NCBI RefSeq assembly: GCF_002105155.1
Contig: NW_019028979.1
Coordinates: 806,001 to 870,000 of the forward strand
Direction of reading: 5' to 3'
DNA length: 64,000 nucleotides
DNA from: Lobosporangium transversale
Lineage: Eukaryota
The translations under genes and the position numbers were made by a program. A model generated the notes under the pieces. That model was not told where the DNA came from, searched no databases, and saw only the letters and a program-made list of their open reading frames with translations. Shown piece by piece: positions 63,086 through 64,000 of this stretch. Position 1 is the first letter of the stretch. The number at the start of each line of letters is the position of its first letter.

Positions 63086-63293
63086 GCTTGTTTTAATAAT
63101 TATAATAAAATCATCTTTTATCTCTCTTAATTATTACACACCCCCATCCAAAGTTCAGCACTAACACACAACCGAGCCAGTCTCAAGACTCGAACCTTTT
63201 CGCGTACACTAACACGTCTTTGCCAAGCTCTCAAGTGGTTCTCTCTATTTACCTCATATCCTCTTTGCCAACGGCCGCAAGTCTCATTGCATT

Positions 63294-63527
63294 ATGAAGT
63301 CGCTTACATCTATTATCGCAGTTTTCTCGGTCTGGGCAGCATGCATGGCAGTTGGTCAAGCTGGTTATGGCTGCTACAAAGGTCGATGCTGGGCCAATTG
63401 TGGTGTCAGCAGCTTGGAATGGTGCTACACTACTAAAGGCTCGACGTGGGACGGTCAGTACGTCCCTTGCTCATCGAACGGCGAATGCCAGCCCCATTGG
63501 TCGTGCGCTGGAGCCTGTACGGTTTAA
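63294..63527 (+). CDS. Small secreted cysteine-rich peptide (77 aa; 8 Cys in the mature part)
   Basis: Signal peptide MKSLTSIIAVFSVWAACMAVGQA, then GYGCYKGRCWANCGVSSLEWCYTTKGSTWDGQYVPCSSNGECQPHWSCAGACTV. GC-richer than the flanks and intronless. Confidence 0.85.
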   Translation: MKSLTSIIAVFSVWAACMAVGQAGYGCYKGRCWANCGVSSLEWCYTTKGSTWDGQYVPCSSNGECQPHWSCAGACTV

Positions 63528-64000
63528 CTCTATGTCTAGAGTCCTCGTCAACAAGTCGTTAAAAGCCAATGTATTTTTAAGCTTTTTAAATTGAATAAGA
63601 TACTTTCCATTTCTAGGCAGAAAAAAAAAAAGAATAAAGTCAAAATCGGTCACCAAATCGAAATTATGAATGGACTAGTAAGCAGGTAATGGGCACATGT
63701 AAATGGTAAATGAGAATAAGATATAGATCTGTACACCACACCCATGGGTTAAATATTTGCCATCTGGTGCAAAGGATATTGCCAGGCATCTATGTGTTTT
63801 TCTAAGCATGCTGTAGAATTATCGCTTATTTACATAGTTTTATTGCTACTAATATCTACTGTTCTTAACCACATAGTACATTTATATCTTTAATTAGTTA
63901 TCTTTACGAGCTCTTTCTCTTGCAAAAGTAAAATATGCAACAAAGGGTTTCCCAACTATTGGCAGCCAATTACTGTCAAAACTATTCTTTTATGGTTGCT

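Noticed and set aside
63072..63089. 6-bp inverted repeat AAGCCT/AGGCTT around the TATA box; similar short inverted repeats at 17521-17551
   Set aside because: Short enough to arise by chance.

Overview
Eukaryotic, intron-rich fungal DNA with long A/T homopolymers in the introns. Gene families and intron style suggest a Mortierellaceae (Mucoromycota) genome; this is an inference. Twelve spliced, single-copy-type genes are present: a Zn2Cys6 transcription factor cut by the window edge, a CAT-type amino-acid permease, a PMP34/ANT1-type carrier, a PIGBOS1-like microprotein, NOT3/5, an Osh/Kes1 protein, a PPR protein, a FAD monooxygenase, an uncharacterised membrane protein, a PB1-NAD kinase, a Som1-like and an MCFD2-like gene. 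Between them, from about 20.6 to 61.1 kb, lies a birth-and-death array of intronless F-box/LRR(RNI-like) genes: 5 intact and 6 broken copies. These share promoter motifs and 3' flanks. Four copies of a second F-box-like relic all carry TGA at the same Trp position. Also present are a near-intact Tc1/mariner element (DD35E, one nonsense codon), a decayed intron-bearing Fanzor/TnpB-like fragment next to NOT3, and a secreted 8-Cys peptide gene. Exon coordinates were derived by hand, and family assignments come from recalled motifs, not database searches.
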